IMG/VR virus record: IMGVR_UViG_3300049033_000019
Location: 1-58,711 of that record
Source: a virus
Taxonomy: Duplodnaviria; Caudoviricetes
Length of the DNA stretch: 58,711 bases
Reading direction: 5' to 3' (one strand)
A program made the position numbers and the translations under genes. Shown piece by piece: positions 8,735 to 18,514 of this stretch (within the stretch, counting starts at the first letter, position 1; each line of letters opens with the position of its first letter). The notes under the pieces were generated by a model that did no database searches, was not told the origin of the DNA, and was given only the letters and a program-made list of their open reading frames with translations.

Positions 8735-9048
8735 GCCTCGAAGATCATGTAACGAAGATGTTGGCTCTGGACCTCGTTAAGGCGGTCCGCTGCGAAATCC
8801 TGAACTCTGAAGGAAAGGGTCAGCCTCATGACTGGAGCGATCGGTACAAGCAATGGGGGTTGCGGCGATGGTGGTGGAAGATCTGGTACCCGTACCGCAA
8901 GACCATGAAGATGTGTCTACGCTGCGGCTATGAAGCTCGGATGTTGCGATGACCGTTATAGTCACCTTTGTTGCCGTAGGACTCTATCTGCTCGGAATAG
9001 CGACTGGATGGTTCCTGCGGAAGGAGTTCGAAGAGTTCAGGGTGACCG

Positions 9049-9531
9049 ATGAGGATCGTGGCCTACGGGACCCCAGCTCCCCAGGGGAGCAAGAAGCCGA
9101 TCCGCAACCAACACACGGGCCGTATCGTTACCGTTGAAAACAGTCCCCGTCTGGTGCCCTGGCGCCAGGACGTGAAGCACGCCGCTGAGGCCGTCCTAGA
9201 AGACCTGGGGCGGCCTTCTCCGTTTCTGGGGGCTCTGGTGGTCCGCATGGTGTTCTCCTTCATGAGGCCAAAATCGGTCTCCAGGGCTAAGCGTCCGTTC
9301 CCGTCGGCCTACCCAGACCTGTCCAAGCTCTGCCGCAGTACTGAGGACGCGCTCACGGCGGCCGGGTGCTGGGGGGATGACGCCCTGGTGGTGGAGTACA
9401 CCCGCCTGGCCAAGGTGTACTGCAACGAGGACCCAGAGGCCCTTGATCGCCCAGGGGTCATGATCATAATCGGTGAACTGGTAGACTCAGAAGCATTGGA
9501 AGGGAGCCCTCCCGGAAGGAAGAAGAAGTGA
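9049..9531 (+). CDS. rusA: RusA-like Holliday junction resolvase
   Basis: GTPAPQGSK...PDLSKL.RSTEDALT...WGDDALVV catalytic motifs. Confidence 0.9.
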   Translation: MRIVAYGTPAPQGSKKPIRNQHTGRIVTVENSPRLVPWRQDVKHAAEAVLEDLGRPSPFLGALVVRMVFSFMRPKSVSRAKRPFPSAYPDLSKLCRSTEDALTAAGCWGDDALVVEYTRLAKVYCNEDPEALDRPGVMIIIGELVDSEALEGSPPGRKKK

Positions 9532-9937
9532 ACTTGACCAAGAAGCGACGCAGGTGGCTGGCCTGGTGCCGCTACATGAACCACTACATGTTCTCCGGCG
9601 TCGTGTGTGGCGGGCGGGCCGAATACCGGATCTACAACTTCGCCGTGAACCGGAACTGGCCCTGGCCGTAGGAGGGTTGATGGGACAGTCAAGATGGACC
9701 GTCAACTTGGTTGACGCTTCGGTAAAAGCTCTCCATGGAGCAGCCGCCCTGGTTGAGGAACGTCACACCAATGTGTTCAATCGAGCACTGCAACTATATG
9801 CACTGGTCATTGAGGCCGCCTCTGATGTTGGTGAACGGACCACTGTAGTCAAGAGATTCGACCTCCTGGACTTGACGGGGGACGGAGCAACCTACGAGAT
9901 CCAGATCAGGAGGATTGATGATGGATGGAGAGGATGA

Positions 9938-10225
9938 ATGGAACAGCATCTACTTGAGCTTGGACAGGTGATCAACACCCACGAGCTTGATGGCTGCATG
10001 GGCCGCTGGTGCGCCATCCACCGTCCTATGCCCGGCCCCTGGTCCACCTGGCCCCGCTACTGGCGGGAAGACTTGGGGATCATGGAGCGTCTCTGTCCGT
10101 GCCCGGTAGGTCATCCAGTCGCAGAGATGTACGAGTACACCGTGGCCCAAGGTCGCATGAAGAAACTGGCACATATCTGTTGTGGCATACATCCATGTAC
10201 ACCTATCGATGGAGCGTATCAATGA
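9938..10225 (+). CDS. Cys/His-rich phage protein
   Basis: C.GRWCAIHRP...MERLCPCPVGHP motif. Confidence 0.65.
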   Translation: MEQHLLELGQVINTHELDGCMGRWCAIHRPMPGPWSTWPRYWREDLGIMERLCPCPVGHPVAEMYEYTVAQGRMKKLAHICCGIHPCTPIDGAYQ

Positions 10226-10590
10226 AGTTCTGGTGGGCAACCGGATATCTCTGTGGCCTGCTCACGAGCTACCTGAAGTGGGGCCTGCCAGTTCATGTGG
10301 CGCTGCTCCGGGACCGTAAGGCTCGTAAGATCAGAGCTGAGATCGACCGCATCGAAGGTGGCTTCACGACACGTCTCTACACTCCACTTACCCCCCCTCC
10401 CCCCTCATTTCGGGAAAGGGTTACTGATCGCTTCCTTCAATGGTGTGAGGATTGGCGAAACCTGCCTCAACCCCTGACGCCAGAACTAGTTGCGGAGATT
10501 GCTTATTGGAACAGAGTAGAGGAACTTAATGGCAAACAACAGGACGAAGCAAGGCTTTCCTATTCCCACGGGAAGCATAGCCTGGTGTGA
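10222..10590 (+). CDS. Hypothetical membrane-anchored protein
   Basis: ATGA overlap; hydrophobic N-terminus. Confidence 0.45.
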   Translation: MKFWWATGYLCGLLTSYLKWGLPVHVALLRDRKARKIRAEIDRIEGGFTTRLYTPLTPPPPSFRERVTDRFLQWCEDWRNLPQPLTPELVAEIAYWNRVEELNGKQQDEARLSYSHGKHSLV

Positions 10591-10801
10591 GGAGCATCAG
10601 AAGTTGCTGTACTTCACCAGGAAGGAGGCTCGTCGGGCCGCCCGTCGACACCCGGAACACAAGACTCCGTATCGGTGTAGCGTACTGACTGGCCTCTGGC
10701 ACGTTGGTGCCCTTCACCCGCTTGTTATCGCGGGAGAAAAGACCAAGGATCAGATTCGAAACAGGCCAGAGGAACGGCGACTAGCTGGACTAAAAGACTA
10801 G
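10529..10801 (+). CDS. Small zinc-finger-like phage protein
   Basis: C...K..Y.TRKEA...YRC....WHVG motif. Confidence 0.65.
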   Translation: MANNRTKQGFPIPTGSIAWCEEHQKLLYFTRKEARRAARRHPEHKTPYRCSVLTGLWHVGALHPLVIAGEKTKDQIRNRPEERRLAGLKD

Positions 10802-10808
10802 CCAGTAA

Positions 10809-10901
10809 CGACATCTCTCCTCTCGTCAACGCTCATCGCCTCACATCCAGCCGACACTCCCAGCCACATCACCTTCGATACCCATCAACCCTCTCGACCA
10901 G
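10809..10901 (+). repeat. Pentamer-register array F (2 full units plus terminal anchor)
   Basis: CGAC at 10809, 10852, 10895 (spacing 43, 43); CGAC ATC TCTCC TCTCG TCAAC GCTCA TCGCC TCACA TCCAG (7/7). Confidence 0.75.
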
Positions 10902-11066
10902 GTAGCGATCATGAATGATGGTTAGTACGATAGGGAGGAGTCTCCGGGAGGATTCCCTGCCACCGGCTGGGGTGCGACGGGGCCAGGTCCCAGCTCCTGC
11001 GCCTCCCGGAGCGCTAAGTCCAGAGAGGGTAGGTTGCCTTGGGGGGCGCGGTGCCCTCTCTGGCAT

Positions 11067-11138
11067 AGCGGGATAGTGGAGTAGTACCACGCCGGGCTCA
11101 TAATCCGGAGGTCCCCGGTGCGAATCCGGGTCCCGCCA
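11067..11138 (+). tRNA. tRNA-Met(CAT), initiator-like
   Basis: Cloverleaf: acceptor AGCGGGA/TCCCGCC with a 1:72 mismatch, anticodon arm CCGGG-CTCATAA-TCCGG, T-arm CCCGG-TGCGAAT-CCGGG. Confidence 0.85.
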
Positions 11139-11299
11139 CGTGAGGTCCCCGAAAGCGGACCTCGTCCATGCGCGGGTGGGCGCTAGGCCCTGACAGAGCC
11201 AGATCTGTGACACAGGGCCGAAGTCCGGCGGGGGTTCAAGCTGGTCGAACCGCCGGACACCACTCACCAGACCGCTGGCTGCTAACGGAGGAGTAACTC

Positions 11300-11758
11300 A
11301 TGAAGAGGATCATCACAGCCACTGTCACGGTCATTGCCACGGCCGCAGTCCTGCTGGGACTGGCGGCCGCTCCTGTCTCTGCGGCTCGACTACCAGGTGA
11401 GCCGATTCCAGGGTGCCAACACCGTGCATACCCCCCTTCCCCGCTGTACTGGAGCGATGCACTGAACTTCTGGTACACAGCCAGGTTCCGCACATCCAAT
11501 GGGACCTGTTCCCGTGATGCTGTCCGCTTCTACCTACGACGCTGGTCAGAGAACAGCACCGTCTGTGGCCGGTTTTGGCTGCGTACGTACAACGATGATG
11601 GCACTCTTCGCCGCGTGTGGCCCAGTGTTGAACTGTGCCCTGGCCAGGAGGGTGGCTTCCTCAACGTAGACAATCGGCGCCTGGCTCGACTAGAGATGCG
11701 CGTCAACAGTGGTAACCAGCAGTCCTGGAACTCTCCCAGTGGAAGTCTCAACTACTAG
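11300..11758 (+). CDS. Secreted protein
   Basis: Signal peptide (MKRII...APVSA); GGAGGAG RBS. Confidence 0.7.
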   Translation: MKRIITATVTVIATAAVLLGLAAAPVSAARLPGEPIPGCQHRAYPPSPLYWSDALNFWYTARFRTSNGTCSRDAVRFYLRRWSENSTVCGRFWLRTYNDDGTLRRVWPSVELCPGQEGGFLNVDNRRLARLEMRVNSGNQQSWNSPSGSLNY

Positions 11759-12139
11759 GTGCCATACGGAGACATTGACCGACAGCGCCACTTCCAGGCC
11801 ACCTGGATGTGGCGCCGTCGTATGGAGTGGGTTCTAGCCAACGGCCCCTGTACCTGGTGCGGAAACCGGCAAGATCTTCAGGTTGTGTACAAGGATTCAG
11901 CCAACAAGACCATGAAGACTGCTGCTATCTGGTCCCGCCGAGCTGAGGAACGTGAACGAGTACTGAAGGACTGCATCGTCCTCTGTAAGCCCTGCGCCCA
12001 GTCCAAGCACACCGAGGATCGCCAACCCGTCCACGGCACTTCTGGTCGGTATAAGCAAGGATGCAGGTGTACACCCTGCCGTGCGGCCAAGGCGGTGGAG
12101 ATGGCACAGTACCGGGCAAGGAAGAGGGAGAGAGCATGA
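11759..12139 (+). CDS. HNH-like / zinc-finger protein
   Basis: GPCTWCG...CIVLCKPC...HGTSGRYKQGCRC.PC; HNH His positions look degenerate. Confidence 0.65.
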   Translation: MPYGDIDRQRHFQATWMWRRRMEWVLANGPCTWCGNRQDLQVVYKDSANKTMKTAAIWSRRAEERERVLKDCIVLCKPCAQSKHTEDRQPVHGTSGRYKQGCRCTPCRAAKAVEMAQYRARKRERA

Positions 12140-12327
12140 TTCAGCAAGGTGTCTGGACCACGGCGCAGCGCAGCTCCAGTGACGGATCTTGTGTTGAGGT
12201 CATGAACACTGGCCACGAGATCCTGGTGCGTAACTCTCGTAACCGGGATGGTTCGTTCCTGGTTTTCACTCCGGCGGAGTGGGATGCGTTCCTGGACGGC
12301 GCCAAGAAGGAAGAGTTCGACATCTAA
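12136..12327 (+). CDS. DUF397 family protein
   Basis: W..AQRSSSDGSCVEV....ILVRNSRNRDG.FLVFTPAEWDAFLDGAK.EEFD matches DUF397. Confidence 0.9.
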   Translation: MIQQGVWTTAQRSSSDGSCVEVMNTGHEILVRNSRNRDGSFLVFTPAEWDAFLDGAKKEEFDI

Positions 12328-12377
12328 GATCCGGAAGCCGGGGGAACCCGACGTAACCGCGTCGATGCGGCTTTCGG

Positions 12378-12704
12378 CTAGGAGGCCACGGACACACGTC
12401 CGTGGCCTCTGTTCGTATGTGGGGCTAGTGGCTCCCAGTCCGGCTCTGGCACGTCCTGCTCGTTCATCCCCAGGACGTAATAAACGTCCGTGGCCAGCTT
12501 CAGCGCCCGGTGGTGAGCCCACCACTGATCGCGGCCGGACACGGTGAATGCGAAGGCGAGCCGGGCGTATGGCAGACCGGACACCTCGGGGTCCTGGTAC
12601 CACCAGTTCAGCTCGCAGGCCCGCTCCAGGACCTGTTGGACCAGCTCATGGCCCTCCCGTCTCTCCCCCGGATGCTGGAAGGCGTACCGACGGTGGGTGG
12701 TCAC
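12378..12704 (-). CDS. Hypothetical protein
   Basis: 108-aa ORF, last gene of the leftward late operon. Confidence 0.6.
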   Translation of the reverse strand: MTTHRRYAFQHPGERREGHELVQQVLERACELNWWYQDPEVSGLPYARLAFAFTVSGRDQWWAHHRALKLATDVYYVLGMNEQDVPEPDWEPLAPHTNRGHGRVSVAS

Positions 12705-13093
12705 CGACAGCTCCGGGACGGGAGGTCTGGGATCGGGTGTTCAGCTCGAACCTGGTCGGCCATGGCTCGCTGTCGATCCTGCTCGTCCAGGGCCCGCTGC
12801 AAGGTCATCAGAGCGGCGACCTGCTCCGGTTGTGGCTTTGGTGGGCGGGCCAGGATAACGTTCATGGCGTTCCTGAACGCTCGGTCAGCCCGAATCTCGG
12901 CTTCTCGCTCGCTGTCTACCGACGCTGAACGCAGGGTCAGGACCTGGATGACTCGGTCACTGACCTGGGCCTGACACTCGGCATATCCACGCCACTGCCA
13001 GACCCCAATACCCCATCCAATCAGGGCCATGATCGAAACCACCAGGACTACATGCTCAAGGCGGGTCTTACGCAAGGTGGCTCGCCAGTCCAT
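12701..13093 (-). CDS. Membrane protein of the lysis cassette
   Basis: One TM helix plus coiled coil, downstream of the endolysin. Confidence 0.65.
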   Translation of the reverse strand: MDWRATLRKTRLEHVVLVVSIMALIGWGIGVWQWRGYAECQAQVSDRVIQVLTLRSASVDSEREAEIRADRAFRNAMNVILARPPKPQPEQVAALMTLQRALDEQDRQRAMADQVRAEHPIPDLPSRSCR

Positions 13094-13189
13094 CTCATCT
13101 CCAGAGCATTCGAGCCGCCCGGAACAGGCCGTAGGTCACGACGCCGCCGCCGGCGGCCAGCACCAGTCCTGCGAGCACCTCTAGTCCGG

Positions 13190-13393
13190 TCACGTTGGCT
13201 TCTCCTCGTCCGGGGGCGCTTTGCGCCTGCTGGAGTAGGAGTCATCGGCCCGGAAGACGGCCAAGATGCCTCCTGCACCTATCCCGAGAGTCAACCACAA
13301 CTCTGGAGGGATGCCCCCCGTACGCCAGGCAGTGATCACCATGACCATGAGCCAGGCAGCGGCGAACACGCCCAGGAGCACATCCCTGATCAT
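13190..13393 (-). CDS. Putative holin (2 TM)
   Basis: Two TM helices, charged C-terminus, adjacent to the endolysin. Confidence 0.6.
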   Translation of the reverse strand: MIRDVLLGVFAAAWLMVMVITAWRTGGIPPELWLTLGIGAGGILAVFRADDSYSSRRKAPPDEEKPT

Positions 13394-13440
13394 GTCGCCC
13401 CTGTCTCATGTCGCAGTGATCGTCTAAACCAATTATCCAA

Positions 13441-14310
13441 TCAGGGTGTGACAACTGGGCCGGTGGAGCCGGTCACATCATGGGTGTGTTCACCCACGCC
13501 GTCGTCAGGGGTAGTCAGGTCAGGAAACTCTGGGCCGGCCACCTGGTCGAGGTACTCCTCCCAGGTGTCGTATCCGGCAGCTTCCATACCTTGATCGTTG
13601 AGGATCACCTTCGTGGCTCCGGCCGTTGCGGAGCTAAGAATGGCGCTGGAGGACCGGATCAACCGGCGATGGATACGGTCGGACACGAACGACTTGTTGT
13701 GCCATGCCGGGTCCGCACTTTGAATCGAGTACCACGCGTCTGCCACGTCAGCCACCTCTCCGTTAAGAAGATCTATGAACCAGGTCCAGGGGAAGTTTGG
13801 CCCCGGGTCTGTATGCGTCGTGATGCCGAAGGCTAAACGTAGATCGTTGTGAGAGGTCACCCCTTTTTTGAAAGCCTTCAGGTCGTTCACCGAACATCGC
13901 TGCATGGGGATTCCATAGCGCTCCCCGTCGGACTGGAAGTACGGAGCAACCCTTTTCAGCATGGCTTGGGTGTACTCGTCACCCCACTGCGCACCAGTCT
14001 GAGAGGCGAACCCGGCAAACTCATAGTTAATGCCTCGGTTGTTTCCTGGGGTGTTCCCCACCGTCCAGGCCACGTCCTTCAACAGGACACATTGGACGAT
14101 GGAGTTGTTGTCGCAACAGTAGTGGGCCGACACCTGGCGCCCGTCGCTGGGGTTGGCGAAATAGTTAGCGGTGTTCTCGGCTGTGGTGGAACTCTCCTGG
14201 GCCTCCATGGTGTGGATCACCAGCCACAGTGGCGGGCCATCGGGACGGCCGTGGGAGTATCCTGCCGCTTCAACGAAGGACAGTTCTGGGTGATCAGGAC
14301 TAGCTACCAC
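13441..14310 (-). CDS. Endolysin, N-acetylmuramoyl-L-alanine amidase (Amidase_2)
   Basis: LVIHTME...SAHY...AWTVG...N.RGINYE...SH...HTDPGPNFPW; start codon uncertain (GTG at 14310 chosen). Confidence 0.9.
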   Translation of the reverse strand: MVASPDHPELSFVEAAGYSHGRPDGPPLWLVIHTMEAQESSTTAENTANYFANPSDGRQVSAHYCCDNNSIVQCVLLKDVAWTVGNTPGNNRGINYEFAGFASQTGAQWGDEYTQAMLKRVAPYFQSDGERYGIPMQRCSVNDLKAFKKGVTSHNDLRLAFGITTHTDPGPNFPWTWFIDLLNGEVADVADAWYSIQSADPAWHNKSFVSDRIHRRLIRSSSAILSSATAGATKVILNDQGMEAAGYDTWEEYLDQVAGPEFPDLTTPDDGVGEHTHDVTGSTGPVVTP

Positions 14311-14324
14311 ACGGTAAGAATGAC

Positions 14325-14966
14325 TTACCGTGCATCTCCCTGTCCAGGTTGCCCCGAGGTGTTCTGACCGGCCTGATAGTAGTGCCATGTCCGTTCGGCC
14401 AGGTGGGTCATCTTCAGGCCCCTCTCGCAGGCCAGTTTTGCCACCCCGGTGATGAACGCCCAGTCCTCATTGGCGAACGGTCCAGCGGCGTTATCAGGGA
14501 ACCCTACCTCCCTGGCTATATCGGTACGGACCAGGACGTTCATGGTGGTGTGATGCGGGGTGCATGGATTGAAGGGCAGGCTGAAGTGACCCAGCGGATC
14601 CCCACCGGTAAACCACGAGAACACGTACACAGAGTCTGTATCGACTGCTACACGGTGCAGCTTCTCAAGGTGTTCGGGCATCCACTCATCGTCGCTGTCA
14701 AGCCATGCAGTCCACTCTGTGTCCACGTGGTCAAGAAGGGTACGACGTGTCCAGCCCGCACCCTGACGATCGATATCGTTGACCACGTGTATGGCGGACG
14801 GCTGAAGCGTCTGTGTTACCACGGAGGCGAGAGCCCGAGTGAGTAGCTGGGGGCCACGGAACCGGGCTGGGTGGGCAGCGACACAGACACTGATGCCGGG
14901 GCGTAGAGGCTCCCCGTCGGAGATGTACGCGATGGTCTCACCAGCCAAGTTCATGACCCTGTTCAT
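14325..14966 (-). CDS. Glycosyltransferase family 2
   Basis: RALASVVTQT...WTAWLDSDDEWMPEHL...EDW. Confidence 0.85.
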   Translation of the reverse strand: MNRVMNLAGETIAYISDGEPLRPGISVCVAAHPARFRGPQLLTRALASVVTQTLQPSAIHVVNDIDRQGAGWTRRTLLDHVDTEWTAWLDSDDEWMPEHLEKLHRVAVDTDSVYVFSWFTGGDPLGHFSLPFNPCTPHHTTMNVLVRTDIAREVGFPDNAAGPFANEDWAFITGVAKLACERGLKMTHLAERTWHYYQAGQNTSGQPGQGDAR

Positions 14967-15640
14967 CCGTGCTGGTGTAGGTGCCACCACTGATGCCACG
15001 GCAGATTCATGTTCCATCTGACCTTCCCTTCGCTGAGGCGGAACAGGACAGGTAGGGACAGCTGATCTTGGTGGGACCAGTTGATGCACTCATCCCACCA
15101 CTGATCAGACAGTTCGATCACACTGTCTATGTGACGGCGCACGTTGGCTCCGGTGGCGACCAGGCCCCAGTTCATGGGATGCCCGACGACTTCCTGGTAA
15201 AAGCGGGACTGAGCGAGAATCGATGGGGCGTCGTAGCGTGCGAGTGTGGCCGAGAACCCGGCTTCCGGATAAATACAGCGCCGGGATGGGTGTGGCACAC
15301 AGGCCCAATCATCTTCTCCCAGGGCGGCCACCGACCGCTCTACGTAATCGTCCACGGTGATTTCCATGGATCCGTCTATCCACAGAGAGATGTCAGCTTC
15401 TGGAAGCGCAAGATGCGGATGAGTCTTCCACCACTTGTGGGCAAGCATCGGGCCGACAGTCGAAGGGTTCCCCTTCAGGGTCGTGACATAGTGACTGACC
15501 ACCCGAACATCCCAGCCTATGGCGCTGGCCTTTTCGGCGACCACCCCTGAGTCGGTGTACATGATGCAAGGGATGTCCAGGTGGATCGGCTTAGGAGTCT
15601 CATAGCCTCCGTAGACGGCCGTGTAAAGCGCCAGCCTCAT
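14963..15640 (-). CDS. DUF616/TOD1-MUCI70-like glycosyltransferase
   Basis: YTAVYGGYE...SLWIDGS...HP.R.CIY.E...DQLSLP. Confidence 0.8.
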   Translation of the reverse strand: MRLALYTAVYGGYETPKPIHLDIPCIMYTDSGVVAEKASAIGWDVRVVSHYVTTLKGNPSTVGPMLAHKWWKTHPHLALPEADISLWIDGSMEITVDDYVERSVAALGEDDWACVPHPSRRCIYPEAGFSATLARYDAPSILAQSRFYQEVVGHPMNWGLVATGANVRRHIDSVIELSDQWWDECINWSHQDQLSLPVLFRLSEGKVRWNMNLPWHQWWHLHQHG

Positions 15641-16128
15641 TAGTGGAGAACATCCGGCACTGGTCCTGTCACTGTGAACCGCTGCCCATGCAAGGTGGCC
15701 GGGAACGGACCGTTGACCAGGTTCCGATCACCGTCGAAGTATGACGCCGAGGCCGGGCCATTGAACTTGTCCCCGTTGACTGTGACCTGGAAGGTGACGA
15801 CCAGGATGGTGGTGAACTTGTTCGTGGTCTTGTCTGCGTTCACCTCGAAGAATCGACCCTTGTATACATTCTTCGTGCCGGTCTCCCAGGCACCCATCCC
15901 AGCCGAGCTGGAGTTGGTGGCCTCGGCTGCGTCCGGGTTGGTCAAGTCCAAGGTCTGGTCAGCGTGGAAGGTGATGCCATGAGGCTCGAACGGTGCTCCT
16001 ACGGTGTCGACGTACCAGGCGCCGACGATGCCCTTGCCGCTGTCCGCATCGGCGGTCGTGGCCCCGTATGTGAAAACGGTAACCAGTAGCAACGTGGCCA
16101 TGAGCACGCCAAGAAGAAACTTCTTCAT
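15640..16128 (-). CDS. Secreted beta-barrel-like protein
   Basis: Signal peptide; IVGAW...G.GAW motifs. Confidence 0.65.
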   Translation of the reverse strand: MKKFLLGVLMATLLLVTVFTYGATTADADSGKGIVGAWYVDTVGAPFEPHGITFHADQTLDLTNPDAAEATNSSSAGMGAWETGTKNVYKGRFFEVNADKTTNKFTTILVVTFQVTVNGDKFNGPASASYFDGDRNLVNGPFPATLHGQRFTVTGPVPDVLH

Positions 16129-16130
16129 GA

Positions 16131-16949
16131 TCACTTCCCTCTGTACCACTTGATGGTGTCCTTCAGCCTGTCCCAGGAGAACGTGGGCCGAACGCCCACA
16201 GGCAGTAGGTCCCAGCCTTCACCGGCCGCCATAAGGAAGGTGGGGACCTCTCCATCGCGCATGTCCCGATACTCGACTCCACCAGACGACCTGGTCACCT
16301 CCAGTACGTAACCAGCCACTTGATTGACGGTGAGAGGGGTCCCGGTACCAGCGTCAACTGTCTCGTTGTTCTCCAGGTCTACGGCGGCAACCAGGATCCT
16401 GGCTATGTCATCGACATGGATGAGATCAACCGTCTGCGTACCATCACCCCATACTGGGATAGGGATCTCGCGCCAGGCCCAGGAGGAAAACGTCGGAATG
16501 ATCTTCTGCGGGTGACCAGGGCCGTGCTTCTGGCCAGGACCGTAGGCATTGAACGCGCGCACATGGGACACGCGTAGTCCCCGCGAATGATGAAGCGCAG
16601 TAGCCAGCCGTTGTGATGCGATCTTGGTGGCAGTGTAGATGCTGGGGAAGGCATCGGGCATAGTGATGCCGACATAGTTAGCGTCATTCTCAAGGCACCA
16701 GTTCATGATCCGGTAGGAGCCAGTGACGTTGATGTCGATGGCATCCTGCACGTGGTCGAACAGTTCGTGCGTACCCAAGACTCCGGCTAGATGGATAACC
16801 GAGTCGGCGCCCTTGAGCCCACGCAGGTCCCCCATGATGTCGTTACCGTCGGCCCGGTCGAACGTCCAGGCCTCGTGACCTAGATCCTGGGCCTTGCGCA
16901 GGGTGGCTGCACCTATGAACCCAGACCCCCCCGTAATAGCGATCTTCAC
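16131..16949 (-). CDS. NAD-dependent epimerase/dehydratase
   Basis: ITGGSGFIG, HLAG, YTATK (YxxxK), FNAYGPGQ. Confidence 0.93.
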   Translation of the reverse strand: MKIAITGGSGFIGAATLRKAQDLGHEAWTFDRADGNDIMGDLRGLKGADSVIHLAGVLGTHELFDHVQDAIDINVTGSYRIMNWCLENDANYVGITMPDAFPSIYTATKIASQRLATALHHSRGLRVSHVRAFNAYGPGQKHGPGHPQKIIPTFSSWAWREIPIPVWGDGTQTVDLIHVDDIARILVAAVDLENNETVDAGTGTPLTVNQVAGYVLEVTRSSGGVEYRDMRDGEVPTFLMAAGEGWDLLPVGVRPTFSWDRLKDTIKWYRGK

Positions 16950-17617
16950 AGTCCCAGCTCCTGAAGGTAGAGGGCCACCTGTCCCAGGGCCGCTTCCGCA
17001 GATACGGAACCCTCCCTCGTTAGGACGAACTGGGGTACATCTTGATCGCCCAGCAGCATGTTGTCCAGAACGACCTGATACAAGTTCCGGAGCTTCTTAC
17101 TGGTGGGGTTGAGGTTGTATACGACACAGGTTCCGGTGGGCTCCGTGTCCACGGCCAGGATCTTCAAGTCTGGCCGGTAGATCCTCAGCAGTGGAGGCAC
17201 CTTCCACACGTCTCCGGTCCAGTCGCCAGGGCACTGCTCCCGGGATGCTTCATGCTGGTTACGGGGGAGTACGTCATCGAACACGATCACGGTTCGAGGG
17301 TTGGCGTACCTTTCGACGTTCATGAAGTCCCGGAGTGCGAACTCAGCTAGGTGCATGCCGTCGATGAAGGCTAAGTCAATATGTGGCATGTAATCCTGCT
17401 GCCACTCAGGTTCGGACTTCTCGAAGAACTCGTCACTAGTCATAGTGAAGAGGCGCGTGTCCTTTACGTGACCTTGGAGCATGGGTGCAGGGTCGATACC
17501 GATAGCTGGACACTGAGCCAGGGCCAGGCTAGTCCCGTGCTGGACTCCGATCTCCAGGTACCCACGCGGCTTCAGGGCTGTGTGCAGCATGGCCAGGAAC
17601 TCATGACGGCTGGTCAA
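16946..17617 (-). CDS. Class I SAM-dependent methyltransferase (Methyltransf_24-like)
   Basis: YLEIGV..G.S...IDLAFIDGMH...DD...WTGDVWK. Confidence 0.88.
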   Translation of the reverse strand: MTSRHEFLAMLHTALKPRGYLEIGVQHGTSLALAQCPAIGIDPAPMLQGHVKDTRLFTMTSDEFFEKSEPEWQQDYMPHIDLAFIDGMHLAEFALRDFMNVERYANPRTVIVFDDVLPRNQHEASREQCPGDWTGDVWKVPPLLRIYRPDLKILAVDTEPTGTCVVYNLNPTSKKLRNLYQVVLDNMLLGDQDVPQFVLTREGSVSAEAALGQVALYLQELGL

Positions 17618-17844
17618 AACTTGATCGCCTCCTGGATCCGGTCCCTAAGATCAGAGAGGATGCCCTTTGCTTCCGCCTCCCGATAAGGCTCTTTGTTCCA
17701 TTTCACGCTCAGGCCATCAATAAGGCGGATCCAGATGTCGTACTGAGTGGGGCTAACGGTAATGATTGGCGCAAGCTCAATCCAGACGATGTAATCAAGG
17801 CTAACCATTGATCCGTCGTGTCGGACCAGGAATCCATTCACCAA
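17614..17844 (-). CDS. Hypothetical protein
   Basis: Overlap-coupled ORF in operon. Confidence 0.5.
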   Translation of the reverse strand: MVNGFLVRHDGSMVSLDYIVWIELAPIITVSPTQYDIWIRLIDGLSVKWNKEPYREAEAKGILSDLRDRIQEAIKF

Positions 17845-18512
17845 GGCCTCTTTCCCCAGTAGGCGTGGAACCGGGCAGCATCTTCGGGGACGATGGTCTG
17901 AAGCTCAGCGGTCATCTGCTCATTCGGATATAGATGCTCAACGCCGAACCCTGGGACCACAACCATGCCCCCCATTTTCCGGGCCATCCAGTCCACATGA
18001 TCATCGGAGAAGTACCAGCGCAACTGCTCATTCGCCCTGACACCCTTCTCCCCGGCAAGTACAAAAGCGAAGCCCTTCATACGGGTGATTAAACCCACTG
18101 GTCCAGGCTCCCTGTGGACTACTTGGTAGGGGATGGTCGTACCACCGGAACAGGCTGCCGCCGCATTCTCCTGGCGCATCGCTGAGCAGACTGCACTCAT
18201 CCAGCCAGCGGGAACGATCGTATCGTCGTTGAGGATCGCCACGTCCCAATGCGCTGTCTCCAGTTCCTCGCTAAAATCCTTTGCCTTGACCCGGCCCTGA
18301 ATCAGATGCAGCCCCAGGTTCCACCACTTGGAGATGTTCATCTCCGGCTCTCGGACGATGGTGAATCCCTCGTTCAGGCCTAGCATCTGTGCCTTGGGAC
18401 CTCCCTCAACAACCACGACATGATCGACCTGAGGTTTGATCGCATCTAGACATAACTTGAAGCAGTCCCGGCCATTGGTGGGGATGAGGGCGAAGCGGAG
18501 GGGCCTAGTCAT
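17838..18512 (-). CDS. Glycosyltransferase family 2-like
   Basis: IPT.GR...NISKWWNLG...VAILNDD...WYFSDD. Confidence 0.8.
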   Translation of the reverse strand: MTRPLRFALIPTNGRDCFKLCLDAIKPQVDHVVVVEGGPKAQMLGLNEGFTIVREPEMNISKWWNLGLHLIQGRVKAKDFSEELETAHWDVAILNDDTIVPAGWMSAVCSAMRQENAAAACSGGTTIPYQVVHREPGPVGLITRMKGFAFVLAGEKGVRANEQLRWYFSDDHVDWMARKMGGMVVVPGFGVEHLYPNEQMTAELQTIVPEDAARFHAYWGKRPW

Positions 18513-18514
18513 GG

